Shown here piece after piece: positions 63,181 through 64,000 of a stretch of 64,000 nt of DNA (positions within the stretch are counted from its first letter, which is position 1; each line of letters opens with the position of its first letter). The notes beneath the pieces are model-generated. The model saw only the letters and a program-made list of their open reading frames with translations. It did no database searches and was not told where the DNA came from. Source of the stretch: Mobula hypostoma (taxonomy: Eukaryota); the NCBI RefSeq assembly GCF_963921235.1, contig NC_086108.1, forward strand, positions 98,520,001-98,584,000. The letters run 5' to 3'. The translations under genes and the position numbers were made by a program.

Positions 63181-63349
63181 ATCATGGGATTTAGAATATC
63201 TGTGGAAAGTAATCTAGAATGCAGCAAGTGAAAGCAATAAATTAGAGAAGAACCAATTTGAATTGGATAAGAGCGGATCTGCCCCATAAATTGGTACAAA
63301 GACTTGGTAGTCATAACTGAGATATGGGCGTTGTATCAAGGCCAACCTT

Positions 63350-63728
63350 TATTCACCATCATCATCATCATCATCATATGTGCCATGTCGTATGATATAG
63401 ATGATCATGGTCTCATGGCCATGACTGTTCTCAGCAAATTTTTCTGCAGAAGTGGTTTGCCATTGCCTTCTTCTGGGCAGTCTTTTTATACTGTGATATG
63501 ATCAATACTCTGCAGGGATTGTCTGCCTGGCGTCAGTGGTCACATAACCAGGACGTGATGTGCACCATCTGCTCATACACCTACTCCTATGACTTCACAT
63601 GACTCTGATTGGGGGGAAGGGGGCTAAGCGGGTGCTACACCCTGCCCATGGGTGAACTGTAGGGTAGTGGAGGGAAGGAGCACCTTACACCTCCTTTGGT
63701 AGAGACATATCTCCACCCTGCCATCCAC
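63350..63728 (-). mobile_element. SINE-like element with an RTE-like 3' end and (ATG)n tail
   Basis: Reverse complement of the 62290-62650 family; (CAT)n at ~63355-63378. Confidence 0.7.
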
Positions 63729-64000
63729 AGACTTCACTGCACATCCCCAATTGTCCTCTAGAAGGTGGTGGTGAGTCATCTTTTTGAGCCTCTGCTGTTC
63801 TTCTGCTGGATCGTTACAAGGTTGTTTTGTCTTTGCTGGTTTCTTAATAATGGATCAAACCTACTTTCTTCAACTTAGAACTTTGTTATTGTGGATAGCG
63901 CGTCATACAGTGTCAATCCCCATGCTTAGTCTCTGAGTGGCTTTGGTTTATTTTCTTTTGTTTTATATCTTATTTAATTTTTTTAAAAGAAGAAATATAA

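Overview
Vertebrate genomic DNA, almost certainly from a cartilaginous fish and probably a ray or skate. That assignment is inferred from the repeat inventory: CR1/HER1 LINEs, HE1/V-SINEs, Rex1/Babar LINEs and abundant Penelope-like elements (PLEs). The window is a repeat-dense intronic or intergenic stretch. I could not identify a host gene; only a few weak candidate exons occur in unique sequence. Nearly all long ORFs in the track are decayed retrotransposon coding sequence or come from simple repeats. Main contents: (1) several PLE insertions with inverted termini, 12-14 bp target-site duplications (TSDs) and minimal hammerhead ribozyme motifs, two of them with an intact catalytic core, plus ~180 bp fold-back PLE minis; (2) a near full-length CR1 (51.7-55.9 kb) whose 5' end has a repeat-CCAAT-TATA-repeat layout, inserted in a Tc1 relic; (3) a hAT element with a 6 bp TSD, a zinc-finger first exon, a teleost-like TAGC-rich intron and a duplicated end; (4) a 1.9 kb solo LTR with a 5 bp TSD and an internal 38 bp minisatellite; (5) RTE-derived elements, tRNA/CORE-type SINEs, tiny Tc1 and hAT MITEs, and several nested insertions. 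Family names come from motif recognition, not database searches. Boundaries not anchored by a TSD are approximate (tens of bp).
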